Source: an uncultured Acidimicrobiales bacterium | GTDB lineage: Bacteria; Actinomycetota; Acidimicrobiia; Acidimicrobiales; AC-14 | DNA length: 64,000 bases | Assembly: GCA_902805665.1 (NCBI GenBank) | Contig: CADCTB010000094.1 | Coordinates: forward strand, 1,960-65,959 | Direction: 5' to 3' | Shown here: positions 19,540 to 28,254 of the stretch, piece after piece | Position numbering within the stretch: the stretch's first letter is position 1 | Layout: each line of letters begins with the position of its first letter | The notes under the pieces: model-generated | The model's database searches: none | Told to the model about the DNA's origin: nothing | The model's input: the letters and a program-made list of their open reading frames with translations, nothing else | Made by a program: the position numbers and the translations under genes

Positions 19540-20379
19540 TTGCCTTTTTGTGGTCCGCAGTTGAACCTCTGGTGCCCCTCGTGCCGCAAGGCATGGCCGG
19601 CGGATCGGGTCTTGTGCCCTGACTGCCTGGTCGACCTCGTCGCCGACGCCTCGGCCACGGTGCGCTGCCGCCACTGCGACAGGGACTGGCCGGCCACCAT
19701 GCAGTCCTGCCCGGTGTGCCTGGCCGAGCTCCGGCCGGATCCGGCCGCCGTGGTCGACGCGCTCAGTCGCATCCTGGAACTCGGGGGGCACCTCTACCGG
19801 CCGGAAGGCGTGGCTCCCTTCGCCGGTGGCCCCGCGTGCACGTTGCTCCGACTCTCGGGCCGCGGCTCGCTGGCCTTCCTCGGCGAGGACGGGTTGGTCG
19901 AGGCGTCGGTGACCGGTCAGGGCGGCCACGCGACCCCGCCCCTGACGTGCTCCGACCACGACGGATCGGTCCTGTTCCGCATGCTCGCCTACGAGGCGGC
20001 GGAGCGGGCCCTCGTCGCCGTCGCCGCGGACGGCGCCGCGCTGGCCACCTACCTGCGCACCGGAACGGTCATCGACGTCCGGGACGAGACCAGCGCGCCG
20101 GTCGCCCGGCTCGTCAGGCGTCGAGGCGACTACGAGCTGGTGGAGACGGGCGGCGGCGTGCTGGCCGGTCTCGGGACCACCGACGTGGAGCTCGAGGGCT
20201 GGGTCGACGACCAGTGGTGGCTGCAACCGGCGCCAGGCGGTCACCGCCTGCCCCTCCGGCCGCTGGCGGCCGTGGGCCTGGTGCTGGCGGCCAAGGTGCT
20301 TCTCGGCCGGCCGTATCCGACCAAGGTGTCCGAGCCGGGTACCGAGCCCGATGACGGCCAACCCTGGCCCTTCCTCTGA
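19540..20379 (+). CDS. Hypothetical protein with N-terminal double zinc ribbon
   Basis: TTG start (alternative TTG at 19561). Two CxxC...CxxC units (CPSC..CPDC and CRHC..CPVC) are followed by about 210 aa of unknown fold. Confidence 0.5.
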   Translation: MPFCGPQLNLWCPSCRKAWPADRVLCPDCLVDLVADASATVRCRHCDRDWPATMQSCPVCLAELRPDPAAVVDALSRILELGGHLYRPEGVAPFAGGPACTLLRLSGRGSLAFLGEDGLVEASVTGQGGHATPPLTCSDHDGSVLFRMLAYEAAERALVAVAADGAALATYLRTGTVIDVRDETSAPVARLVRRRGDYELVETGGGVLAGLGTTDVELEGWVDDQWWLQPAPGGHRLPLRPLAAVGLVLAAKVLLGRPYPTKVSEPGTEPDDGQPWPFL

Positions 20380-20533
20380 CACCCGACGTCCCGGCGATAC
20401 GATCCGGACGCTTGCGCCGCCTTCGCCATCATCGCCGGCGCATGGCTCGGGGGCCTGGAAGTTGACCCAGCCGATGGACTCCGGAAATGCACTGGAAACG
20501 CGGCCTTGGCACCATGATGGGGTGGGCGACTTC

Positions 20534-22120
20534 ATGGACGACTACCCGGTCGGCACCGGGTGGGACGAGATGTTCGACCTGTCCGGCCGGCCCCGGGCGC
20601 CGTACAAGGCCCTGTACGAGGTCCTCCAGTCATTGTCGGCGGACGACTTCGTCTCCCGGTGCTCGGCCCGGGACCACGCATTCCGCGACCAGGGCATCAC
20701 CTTCTCCCATTCCGGTGAGGAGCGACCATTCCCGCTCGATCTGGTGCCCCGCATCCTCTCCGCCAACATCTGGCCGACGATCGAGGCGGGTGTCGGCCAG
20801 CGCGTGCGCGCTCTGGAGGCCTTTCTCGCCGACGTCTACGGCAGGGGCCGAATCCTCGACGACGGGGTCGTGCCACGTCGCCTGGTCACCAGTTGCGACC
20901 ACTTCCATCGGGAGGCGGTGGGGATCGAGCCCCCGAACGGCGTGCGGGTGCTGGTGGCCGGCATCGACCTGGTGCGGGGGGCCGACGGGGAGTTTCGGGT
21001 TCTGGAGGACAACCTGCGTACCCCGTCCGGCATCTCGTACGTCATCGAGAACCGGCGCACGATGGCTCGGGTCTTTCCCGAGCTGTTCGCCAGCCACCGG
21101 GTCCGGCCGGTCGACAGCTACCCCGCCCGTCTGCTCGAGGCGCTGCGGGCCGCGACACCTGCGGGCGTGCCCGATCCGAACGTGGTGGTGCTGACTCCCG
21201 GCATCTACAACTCGGCCTACTTCGAGCACGCGTTCCTGGCCCGCCAGATGGGCGTGGAGCTGGTCGAGGGGCGCGACCTGGTGTGCCGGCGCAACTTCGT
21301 CTACATGCGCAGCACCGAAGGCGAGCAACGGGTCGACGTGGTGTACCGGCGCGTCGACGACGACTATCTCGACCCGCTGCAGTTCCGTGCGGGCTCCGTG
21401 GTCGGCTGCCCCGGCATCGTCAACGCGGCCCGGGCCGGCAACGTCACCATCGCCAACGCAGTGGGCAACGGCGTGGCCGACGACAAGCTGCTCTACACCT
21501 ACGTGCCCGACATCATCCGCTACTACCTCGACGAGGAGCCCATCCTTGCCAACGTCGACACCTACCGGCTGGAGGAGCCCGACCAGCTCGACGCCGCGCT
21601 CGGCCGGCTGCACGAGCTGGTGCTCAAGCCGGTGGCGGGCTCCGGGGGCTACGGCCTGGTCATCGGCCCTGCCGCCGCGCCCGAGGAGCTCGAGCGCATG
21701 CGCCACGTCCTGATGGCGGACCCCCGCGGCTGGATCGCCCAGGAGGTCGTCCAGCTGTCGACCTCGCCTACCCAGATCGGCGACCGCCTGCTTCCCCGCC
21801 ACGTCGACCTTCGGCCGTTCGCGGTCAACGACGGCGAGCGGGTGTGGGTCGTGCCCGGCGGCCTGACCCGGGTCGCGCTTCCCGAAGGGAGCCTGGTGGT
21901 CAACTCGAGCCAGGGCGGCGGGTCGAAGGACACCTGGGTGCTGGCCGACCCCGGCGCGGCCCGAGCGCTCTACCAGCCCCGGCCGGCGGCGCCGCGGGTA
22001 CTGGCCCCGGCCGCGGCCAGCTCTCCCCTCGACCCCGGGCCCGCGGTGGCCCAGGCCGCCCAGCAGCAGCAACAGGGGGAAGGCCCGAGCGGCCCTCTGA
22101 GCGGGGAACCGACGTGCTGA
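20534..22120 (+). CDS. Circularly permuted type-2 ATP-grasp protein (DUF404/DUF407)
   Basis: Start at ATG 20534 (MDDYPVG...). Family-typical blocks: RDQGITF, RVLEDNLRTPSGISYVIENRR, NAVGNGVADDKLLY, GGLTRVA. Low-complexity Pro/Ala/Gln tail. Confidence 0.85.
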   Translation: MDDYPVGTGWDEMFDLSGRPRAPYKALYEVLQSLSADDFVSRCSARDHAFRDQGITFSHSGEERPFPLDLVPRILSANIWPTIEAGVGQRVRALEAFLADVYGRGRILDDGVVPRRLVTSCDHFHREAVGIEPPNGVRVLVAGIDLVRGADGEFRVLEDNLRTPSGISYVIENRRTMARVFPELFASHRVRPVDSYPARLLEALRAATPAGVPDPNVVVLTPGIYNSAYFEHAFLARQMGVELVEGRDLVCRRNFVYMRSTEGEQRVDVVYRRVDDDYLDPLQFRAGSVVGCPGIVNAARAGNVTIANAVGNGVADDKLLYTYVPDIIRYYLDEEPILANVDTYRLEEPDQLDAALGRLHELVLKPVAGSGGYGLVIGPAAAPEELERMRHVLMADPRGWIAQEVVQLSTSPTQIGDRLLPRHVDLRPFAVNDGERVWVVPGGLTRVALPEGSLVVNSSQGGGSKDTWVLADPGAARALYQPRPAAPRVLAPAAASSPLDPGPAVAQAAQQQQQGEGPSGPLSGEPTC

Positions 22121-23061
22121 GCCGGATCGCCGAGTCGCTGTACTGGGTGGGCCGCTACGTCGAGCGGGCCGAGGACACCGCTCGCATCCTCGACGTCCAC
22201 GTCCACCGCACCCTCGAGGACCCCTCCGTCGAGGAGGACGCGGCCTGCCGCGGCCTGCTGGCCGTCATGGGGGTGGCGGCGCCGGAGGAGCCGCTCGACA
22301 GCGCCGACCTCCTGGACATCCTCGCCTTCGACAGTGGGAGCACCACGTCGATCGCCGGCAGCATGGTGGCCGCCCGCGAGAACGCCCGCAGCGCGCGGGA
22401 CTCCATCTCCTCGGAGATGTGGGAGTGCCTCAACGCCACGTACAACGCCCTGCCCGCGGTCGTCGCCCGGGTGTCGGGAGGCTCCCCGCACGGCTTCTTC
22501 TCCTACGTGAAGGAACGGGCCGCCATCCTCGCCGGGCTCGCCGACTCCACGATGAGCCGCGACGACGGCTGGCTGTTCCTCGTGCTCGGCCGGAGCCTGG
22601 AGCGGGTGGACATGACCGCCCGCCTGTTGTCGGCCAGCTTCGGCGACGGCTCCGGTGCCGCCGAACTGGTCACCACGCTGCGATGCTGCTCGGCCCACGA
22701 GGCCTTCCTGCGGACCTACCGGCGGCGGGTGGAGCCGGACCTCGTCGCCGAGTTCCTCCTGCTCGACCGTCTCTTCCCCCGCTCGGCGTTCCATGCCCTC
22801 GGCCGGGCCGAAGAGTGCCTGGCCCACCTGCAGCCGGGAGCGGGCCGGGCCGGCCTCGACGACGAGGCCCGGCGCATCCTGGGCCGGGCCCGTACCGACC
22901 TGGAGTTCCGCCGCGTCCACGAGCTGGTGGCCGACCTTCCGTCCCACCTGGTGTCGCTGCAGGAGTGCTGTTCGGCGGCCGGCGACGCCCTGGCCCGCCG
23001 GTTCTTCCGCCAGAGCGCCCCCCAGGAGTGGAGCCTGGAGATCGCCGCAGGCCGCCAGTGA
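22114..23061 (+). CDS. Alpha-E domain protein (DUF403)
   Basis: GTG 22114 overlaps the ATP-grasp stop (GTGCTGA). The N-terminus LSRIAESLYWVGRYVERAEDTARILDV is the canonical alpha-E start. Confidence 0.85.
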   Translation: MLSRIAESLYWVGRYVERAEDTARILDVHVHRTLEDPSVEEDAACRGLLAVMGVAAPEEPLDSADLLDILAFDSGSTTSIAGSMVAARENARSARDSISSEMWECLNATYNALPAVVARVSGGSPHGFFSYVKERAAILAGLADSTMSRDDGWLFLVLGRSLERVDMTARLLSASFGDGSGAAELVTTLRCCSAHEAFLRTYRRRVEPDLVAEFLLLDRLFPRSAFHALGRAEECLAHLQPGAGRAGLDDEARRILGRARTDLEFRRVHELVADLPSHLVSLQECCSAAGDALARRFFRQSAPQEWSLEIAAGRQ

Positions 23062-23170
23062 CTGCCATCTCGCGACGGGCACCCGGGTGCTTCGCACCGC
23101 GCCCGTGGCGTGCCGGCGGGGGCCCCTGCCCCGCCGGCGAGCCGAATTCGGCTCCGCCATGGGGACCGGC

Positions 23171-24016
23171 ATGACGTGGCGGATCGGGATCCGGCACGTC
23201 ACCGGGTACCAGTACGAGCGACCGGTGACGTCGTCGTACAACGAGGCTCGGATCACCCCGATCTCCAACGACCGCCAGCTGGTGATGGAGTCCGAGGTCG
23301 AGGTGTCCCCGTCGACCGCGGTCTACCGCTACTGGGACTGGTGGGGCACCCTGGTCCACTCCTTCGACCTGCACGAGCCGCACGACGAGCTCGTCATCAC
23401 CGGCACGTCGATCGTCGAGACGAGCGGCCATCCCGACCCGCCCGAGGCGCCGGCGACCTGGGCCGACATCACGGGCGCAGAGGTGCGGGACAGGTACTCG
23501 GAGCTCCTGAGCCCCAGCCGGTACGTGCCCCTCGCCGACGGGGTGCTGGAGGCGGCCGGGGCGTTGGACGATTCGCTCGATCCCCTCGACACCTGCGCCG
23601 CTGTCGTGGAGCTGGTCCGGGAACGGATGCGCTACGAGCGGGGGGCGACAACGGTCTCCACCACCGCCGCCGACGCCCTCCGGATCGGCAGCGGGGTGTG
23701 CCAGGACTTCACCCACGTGGCCCTCGGCCTGCTGCGGGCTCGGGGCATTCCTGCCCGCTACGTGTCGGGGTACCTCCACCCCTCGTCGCGGGCCGAGCCG
23801 GGGGAGGTCATCGCCGGCCAGAGCCACGCCTGGGTGGAGGCGTGGGTCGGCGAATGGATGCCCTTCGACGCCACCAACGGCAGTCCGGTCGGCGAGCGCC
23901 ACGTGGTGGTCGGCCGGGCCCGGGACTACTCCGACCTGGCGCCGCTCAACGGGATCTTCCACGGCGGCCCGGCGAAGGCCCTCGGCGTCAGCGTCGAGCT
24001 CACCCGCCTGTCCTGA
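23171..24016 (+). CDS. Transglutaminase-like cysteine peptidase family protein
   Basis: Catalytic-type Cys/His/Asp blocks GVCQDFTH, SHAWVEAW and FDATN, with an N-terminal bacterial transglutaminase-associated domain. Confidence 0.85.
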   Translation: MTWRIGIRHVTGYQYERPVTSSYNEARITPISNDRQLVMESEVEVSPSTAVYRYWDWWGTLVHSFDLHEPHDELVITGTSIVETSGHPDPPEAPATWADITGAEVRDRYSELLSPSRYVPLADGVLEAAGALDDSLDPLDTCAAVVELVRERMRYERGATTVSTTAADALRIGSGVCQDFTHVALGLLRARGIPARYVSGYLHPSSRAEPGEVIAGQSHAWVEAWVGEWMPFDATNGSPVGERHVVVGRARDYSDLAPLNGIFHGGPAKALGVSVELTRLS

Positions 24017-24098
24017 GCCTCCGCGACCCGTTGCGCCGGTGGCACCGGCGTGTTGTACTACGCCCGGGCCGCACGGCCCACAGGCGGAAGGGTCGAGC

Positions 24099-25188
24099 AT
24101 GGCGATCGCTGAACCGGAACCTCCCCGCGAGAGCCCGGTACCCGAGCCCCGCTGGGCCACGCGGGAGCTCCGGCTGGCCATCGTCTGCTACGGCGGCGTG
24201 TCCCTCGCCATCTACATGCACGGCGTGACCAAGGAGATCCACAAGCTGGTCCTGGCGTCGGCGGCGTTGGAGGGGGACCCGGACAACAACCCCTTCGACG
24301 AGGACACGACCGAACGCGTCTACTGGGACGTCCTGTCCCGGATCTCCAAGGACGGGCTGGGCGGTCACGCCAAGGACGCCAGGATGCGGGTGGTCGTCGA
24401 CATCATCACCGGGACGTCGGCCGGGGGCATCAACGGCATCTTCCTGGCCAAGGCGCTGACCGGCAACCGTCCGCAGGACGGCCTACGCAAGCTGTGGTTC
24501 GAGAAGGGCGACATCAAGCACCTCCTCGAATGGCCCACGTGGATCCCGTGGCAGCTGCGGTTCCTCGCCATGACGGTCGCTCGCCGTAAGCCGCCGCTCA
24601 GGGGTGGTGACATGAGCAAGTGGCTCTACGGCGCGCTGCGGGACATGAACGGCAAGCAGGTCCCCGACGGGGCGGAGTCACTGCTACCCGACGACCACGT
24701 CCTCGACCTCTACGTGCCCATCACCGACTTCCTCGGCTACGAAAGGGACATCCCTCTCTACGACCCCCGGTTCATCCGCGACCGCGGCCCTCCGCGAGCG
24801 GGACCACGTCGAGGCGTACCGGATCAGCCCCAACGAGACGCGCCTGCTGGGCGCCCAGGATCTGAAGGGCATGTCGCTGTTCCACTTCGGCGCGTTCTTC
24901 GACCGCGCCGGCCGCGAGGGCGACTACCTGTGGGGCCGGCTCGACGCTGTCGAACGCCTGATCAAGCTGCTGCTCGACGTCCGCGGGCATCCGCCCACGC
25001 TGGCCACCGGCGCCCCAGCGAAGCAGGAGCCGCTGGTGAGGCCCGACGAGCTGGCCACCGAGTGCCTCCCGGCGTTCCGGGCCATCCTCGCCGAGGAGGG
25101 CCCGTCGTTGCCCAACGCCACCAAGCTGGTGACCAAGCTGCAGGAGCGGGTCGACGCCCTGGCCTCGGCGGCGGCCCCCACGTCCTGA
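24099..25188 (+). pseudogene. Decayed patatin-like phospholipase (TIGR03607/DUF3376 type): N- and C-terminal remnants in different frames
   Basis: The frame-0 part has the oxyanion motif YGGVSLAIYMHG and the nucleophile GTSAGG, then becomes Arg/Pro junk after ...DPRFIRDR (about 24780). From about 24784 frame 1 reads AALRERDHVEAYRISPNETRLLG..MSLFHFGAFFDRAGREGDYLWGRLDA, a DUF3376-like C-terminus. The catalytic Asp region and several hundred residues are missing. Confidence 0.5.
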
Positions 25189-25243
25189 CGGTCGAGAGAT
25201 CCCGCTCGACGCCAGGCGCAGGGCGGCCGGTCGGGCGAAGGGG

Positions 25244-25495
25244 TCAGCCGTCGACCGGCTCGCCCATGTCGCGTAGCGCAGTGGCCAGGGCGGCCCGGAG
25301 CCGGCGCGCGGTGCCGGGCGCCAGATGGGCGACCACGCCGCGTCCCGCCTGTCCCGCCTCCTCGACGGTGAGCTCCACCCGCAGGTCCTCGCACGCCTCG
25401 CAGTCGTCGAGGAGGGCCACTGTCCAGGCGGCCTGGGCCCGTTCGGGATCGTCGGGAGGGTGGTCGTCGGCGCCGTAGTCGGCAAGCTTCTTCAT
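25244..25495 (-). CDS. Hypothetical small acidic protein (83 aa, CEAC motif)
   Basis: Starts 6 nt after the stop of the WYL regulator on the same strand. Plausible composition; no known motif. Confidence 0.45.
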   Translation of the reverse strand: MKKLADYGADDHPPDDPERAQAAWTVALLDDCEACEDLRVELTVEEAGQAGRGVVAHLAPGTARRLRAALATALRDMGEPVDG

Positions 25496-25501
25496 CGCCG
25501 G

Positions 25502-26461
25502 TCACGGTAGGGGGGCGGTGTACATCCCGGCGAGCTCGGCGCCGATGGCGGCCAGGTGGGCGCGGACCTCGGGTGGGTCGACTATCTCGAGCAGCGCGCC
25601 GAGCCCCGCCGCCTCGGCGGCAAGAGACCGGGCGCTGTGGCCCCGCAACTCCACCTCCACGCGTCCGTCGGCCCCGGGCGGCCCGATGCGGACACGGTTG
25701 GCGAAGATCGACCGGACGACCCAGACCACGTCGGATCGGGCGAGGGCGTGGGCCACGACCGGCGTCCGCCGCCGGTCGACCTCGTCGGCGATGAGCCGCC
25801 AGGCCTCGGCGAGGTCGAAGCCCTCGGGGCGCACGACGGCCTCACCAGTGGGGTCGACCGACGACATGCGGTCCACCCGGAAGGTCCGCAGGCCGGCGTC
25901 GGTCGCCGCCACGAGGTACCAGGCCGAGCCCTTGGCGGCCAGGCCGAGAGGATGGACGACCCGGGTGGTGACGGCGCCGTCCCGGGCCCGGTAGCCCAGG
26001 GTCACCTGCCGGCCCTCGATGACGGCGCGTTGGGTGGCGTCGAGCAGGGGAGGGGTCCGCCGGGGGCTGGTCGGGCGGTCCCACCCGGTGGGGTCGACGA
26101 TCACCGCGGTCGACGCCGCCTCAGCTTGGTTGCGGAACGGCTCGGGCAGGGCGCGGACCAGCTTCCGTAGCGCAGCCTTGATCTCGGGGGTCGCCGCGGA
26201 CGAGGGACCGGCCACGAGGAACAGCGCCCGCGCCTCGGACGCGGTGAGCCCGCTGAGGTCCGTCCGCCCGCCGCCGGCCAGCCGCCAGCCGCCGTTGCGG
26301 CCCTGGGTGGAATAGATGGGGAGCCCGGCGACACCGAGGGCGTCGAGGTCCCGGCGAGCGGTGCGCTCCGACACCTCCAGCTCCTCGGCGACCTCGCCCG
26401 CGGTGACCTGGCCACGGGCCTGGAGCATGAGGAGGATGGCCACCAGCCGGTCGGCGCGCAC
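25502..26461 (-). CDS. HTH-WYL-domain transcriptional regulator (YafY/PafBC-like architecture)
   Basis: GTG start at 26461 (VRADRLVAILLMLQ...). HTH TAGEVAEELEVSERTARRDLDAL and a WYL-type core GSAWYLVAATDAGLRTFRVDRM. The N-terminal hydrophobic extension shown in the ORF track is rejected. Confidence 0.8.
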   Translation of the reverse strand: MRADRLVAILLMLQARGQVTAGEVAEELEVSERTARRDLDALGVAGLPIYSTQGRNGGWRLAGGGRTDLSGLTASEARALFLVAGPSSAATPEIKAALRKLVRALPEPFRNQAEAASTAVIVDPTGWDRPTSPRRTPPLLDATQRAVIEGRQVTLGYRARDGAVTTRVVHPLGLAAKGSAWYLVAATDAGLRTFRVDRMSSVDPTGEAVVRPEGFDLAEAWRLIADEVDRRRTPVVAHALARSDVVWVVRSIFANRVRIGPPGADGRVEVELRGHSARSLAAEAAGLGALLEIVDPPEVRAHLAAIGAELAGMYTAPLP

Positions 26462-26487
26462 GACGTGATGTTGCCACGCCAAACCGG

Positions 26488-26508
26488 TCAGAAGGTGTCC
26501 TGTTCTGA
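26488..26508. promoter_or_regulatory. Inverted repeat TCAGAA-N9-TTCTGA between the WYL regulator and the divergent DinB-like gene (candidate operator)
   Basis: Read directly: 6-bp complementary arms at 26488-26493 and 26503-26508, in a 64-nt divergent intergenic region. Confidence 0.3.
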
Positions 26509-26525
26509 GGCCGACAATCGCCCCT

Positions 26526-27209
26526 ATGACAATCACAACCACCGAAACCACCCACCCGGGAACGCCCGTCACTCCTTACGACGCCGAGGACCCACGCCTG
26601 GCTTTCGCCAAGGCGGTCGCCCTCGGCACCGCGGTGATCGGTCGGGTGGGCCCGCAGCAGCTGGCCAACCCCACGCCCTGTCCGGAGTACGACGTCCGAG
26701 CCCTCCTCGGCCATCTCGTGACCGTCCTGCGCCGGGTGGCCGCCGTCGGCCGGGGCGATGACCCTTTCGCCCTTCCCGTCACCGCCGCGGTGGACGGCGA
26801 TGCCTTCCAGCACGCGTGGATGGCGGCGGCGGACGACGTGGACGACGCGTGGGCCGACGACTCTGCGCTCCAGCGCACCGTCCGGCTGCCGTGGAGGGAG
26901 GACACCGGTGCGGCCATCCTGGCCAGCTACGTCAACGAGGTCACCGTCCACACCTGGGATCTGGCCACCGCCACCGGCCAGCGCCCGGCATGGGACCCGC
27001 AGGTGTTGAGCCTCGCCTTCGACGGCATCCGCTTCATGCCCGGACAGAACCGGGCCGCCATGTTCGAGGCCATCGCCCAACGAATCCCGCCCGCGCTCCG
27101 CGGCGCCCCGCCGTTCGCCGACGCGGTCCCGGTCAGCGACGACGCACCTCTGATCGACCGCCTCGTGGCGTGGAACGGCAGGCGCCCCGTGACCGCGCTG
27201 CCGTGCTAG
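26526..27209 (+). CDS. DinB-like / TIGR03086-type protein (second copy in the window)
   Basis: PCPEYDVRALLGHLV...EVTVHTWDLATATG. Same family pattern as 8744-9328. Confidence 0.7.
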   Translation: MTITTTETTHPGTPVTPYDAEDPRLAFAKAVALGTAVIGRVGPQQLANPTPCPEYDVRALLGHLVTVLRRVAAVGRGDDPFALPVTAAVDGDAFQHAWMAAADDVDDAWADDSALQRTVRLPWREDTGAAILASYVNEVTVHTWDLATATGQRPAWDPQVLSLAFDGIRFMPGQNRAAMFEAIAQRIPPALRGAPPFADAVPVSDDAPLIDRLVAWNGRRPVTALPC

Positions 27210-27219
27210 CCACTGCCGC

Positions 27220-28254
27220 ATGCGCATCCTGACCGAACGGGAGCTGAACCGGGCCCTTCTGGCCCGGCAGCTCCTGCTCGAGCGGGCGCGTGTCCCGGTG
27301 CCCCGGGCCCTCGAGCTCATGGGGTGTCTGCAGGCGCAGTACTCCCCGTCGATGTACGTCGGCCTGTGGTCACGAGCCGAGGGTTTCGGCCGGCAGGATC
27401 TCACCCGGGCCCTGGAGCAGCGGGACGTCGTCCAGGGAACCCTCATGCGGGTGACGATCCACCTGGTCTCGACCGGTGACTACTGGCCGCTCGCCCTCGC
27501 GGTGCGTGAAGCCCGCCGCGCCTACTGGCTACGGGCGACGCGGCACGCGGTCAGCGCCGACGAGCTGGCTTCGTCGGCCGAGGTGCTGCGTGAGCGCCTC
27601 AAGGCGGGGCCCATCCGCAGGAGTGATCTCGACCAGCTGGTCGGCAAGGACCGGGCGATCGGCGTCGGCCTGTGGATCGACCTGGTGCGGGTGCCGCCGT
27701 CGGGCACGTGGGAGCGCCGCCGGGCCGACCTGTACGGCGCAGCCGAGGACTGGATCGGCCCGCCGCCGCCGGACCTCACGGTGGAACAGGCGACGGAGCA
27801 CCTCGTGCGCCGCTACCTGCAGGGCTTCGGCCCGGCCACCGCCGCCGACGTCGCCGACTGGGGCGGCCTGCGGACCGCCGACGTGCAGGCGCTGCTCGAC
27901 CGCCTCGGCCTGCGACGGTTCACCGATGACGACGGCCGCCCGCTCTACGACCTCCTTGACGGGCCCATCCCCGATCCGGCCACGCCGGCGCCGGTCCGTT
28001 TCCTGCCGACGTGGGACGCCAGCCTGCTCGTCCACGCCCGGCGCAAGGGCATCATCGCCGAGCACCACCGGCATCTCATCTTCAACACCAAGACGCCGCA
28101 CTCGATGTGCACCTTCCTCGTCGACGGCACCGTCGCGGGCACATGGCGGTACGACAAGGGCAAGGTGACGATCGCCCCCTTCGAGCCGCTGCGGCCGGAG
28201 GTCCGCGACGAGGTGGAGGCCGAGGCGGCCCGGGTGACGGCGTTCCACGCCTGA
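27220..28254 (+). CDS. AlkZ-like winged-helix (HTH_42/DUF1006) DNA glycosylase family protein
   Basis: 344 aa. The N-terminus LNRALLARQLL and CLQAQY (the Q-x-Q motif of the AlkZ subfamily) are present, and the C-terminal TFLVDGTVAGTWRY is typical of the family. Starts 11 nt after the DinB-like gene. Confidence 0.75.
   Translation: MRILTERELNRALLARQLLLERARVPVPRALELMGCLQAQYSPSMYVGLWSRAEGFGRQDLTRALEQRDVVQGTLMRVTIHLVSTGDYWPLALAVREARRAYWLRATRHAVSADELASSAEVLRERLKAGPIRRSDLDQLVGKDRAIGVGLWIDLVRVPPSGTWERRRADLYGAAEDWIGPPPPDLTVEQATEHLVRRYLQGFGPATAADVADWGGLRTADVQALLDRLGLRRFTDDDGRPLYDLLDGPIPDPATPAPVRFLPTWDASLLVHARRKGIIAEHHRHLIFNTKTPHSMCTFLVDGTVAGTWRYDKGKVTIAPFEPLRPEVRDEVEAEAARVTAFHA

Noticed and set aside
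25189-25243. Weak hairpin GTCGAG-N8-CTCGAC between the patatin remnant and the small ORF; also CTGAAA...TTTCAG at 5476-5514
   Set aside because: The stems are only 6 bp with large loops and no U-tract, so they are not strong enough to call terminators.
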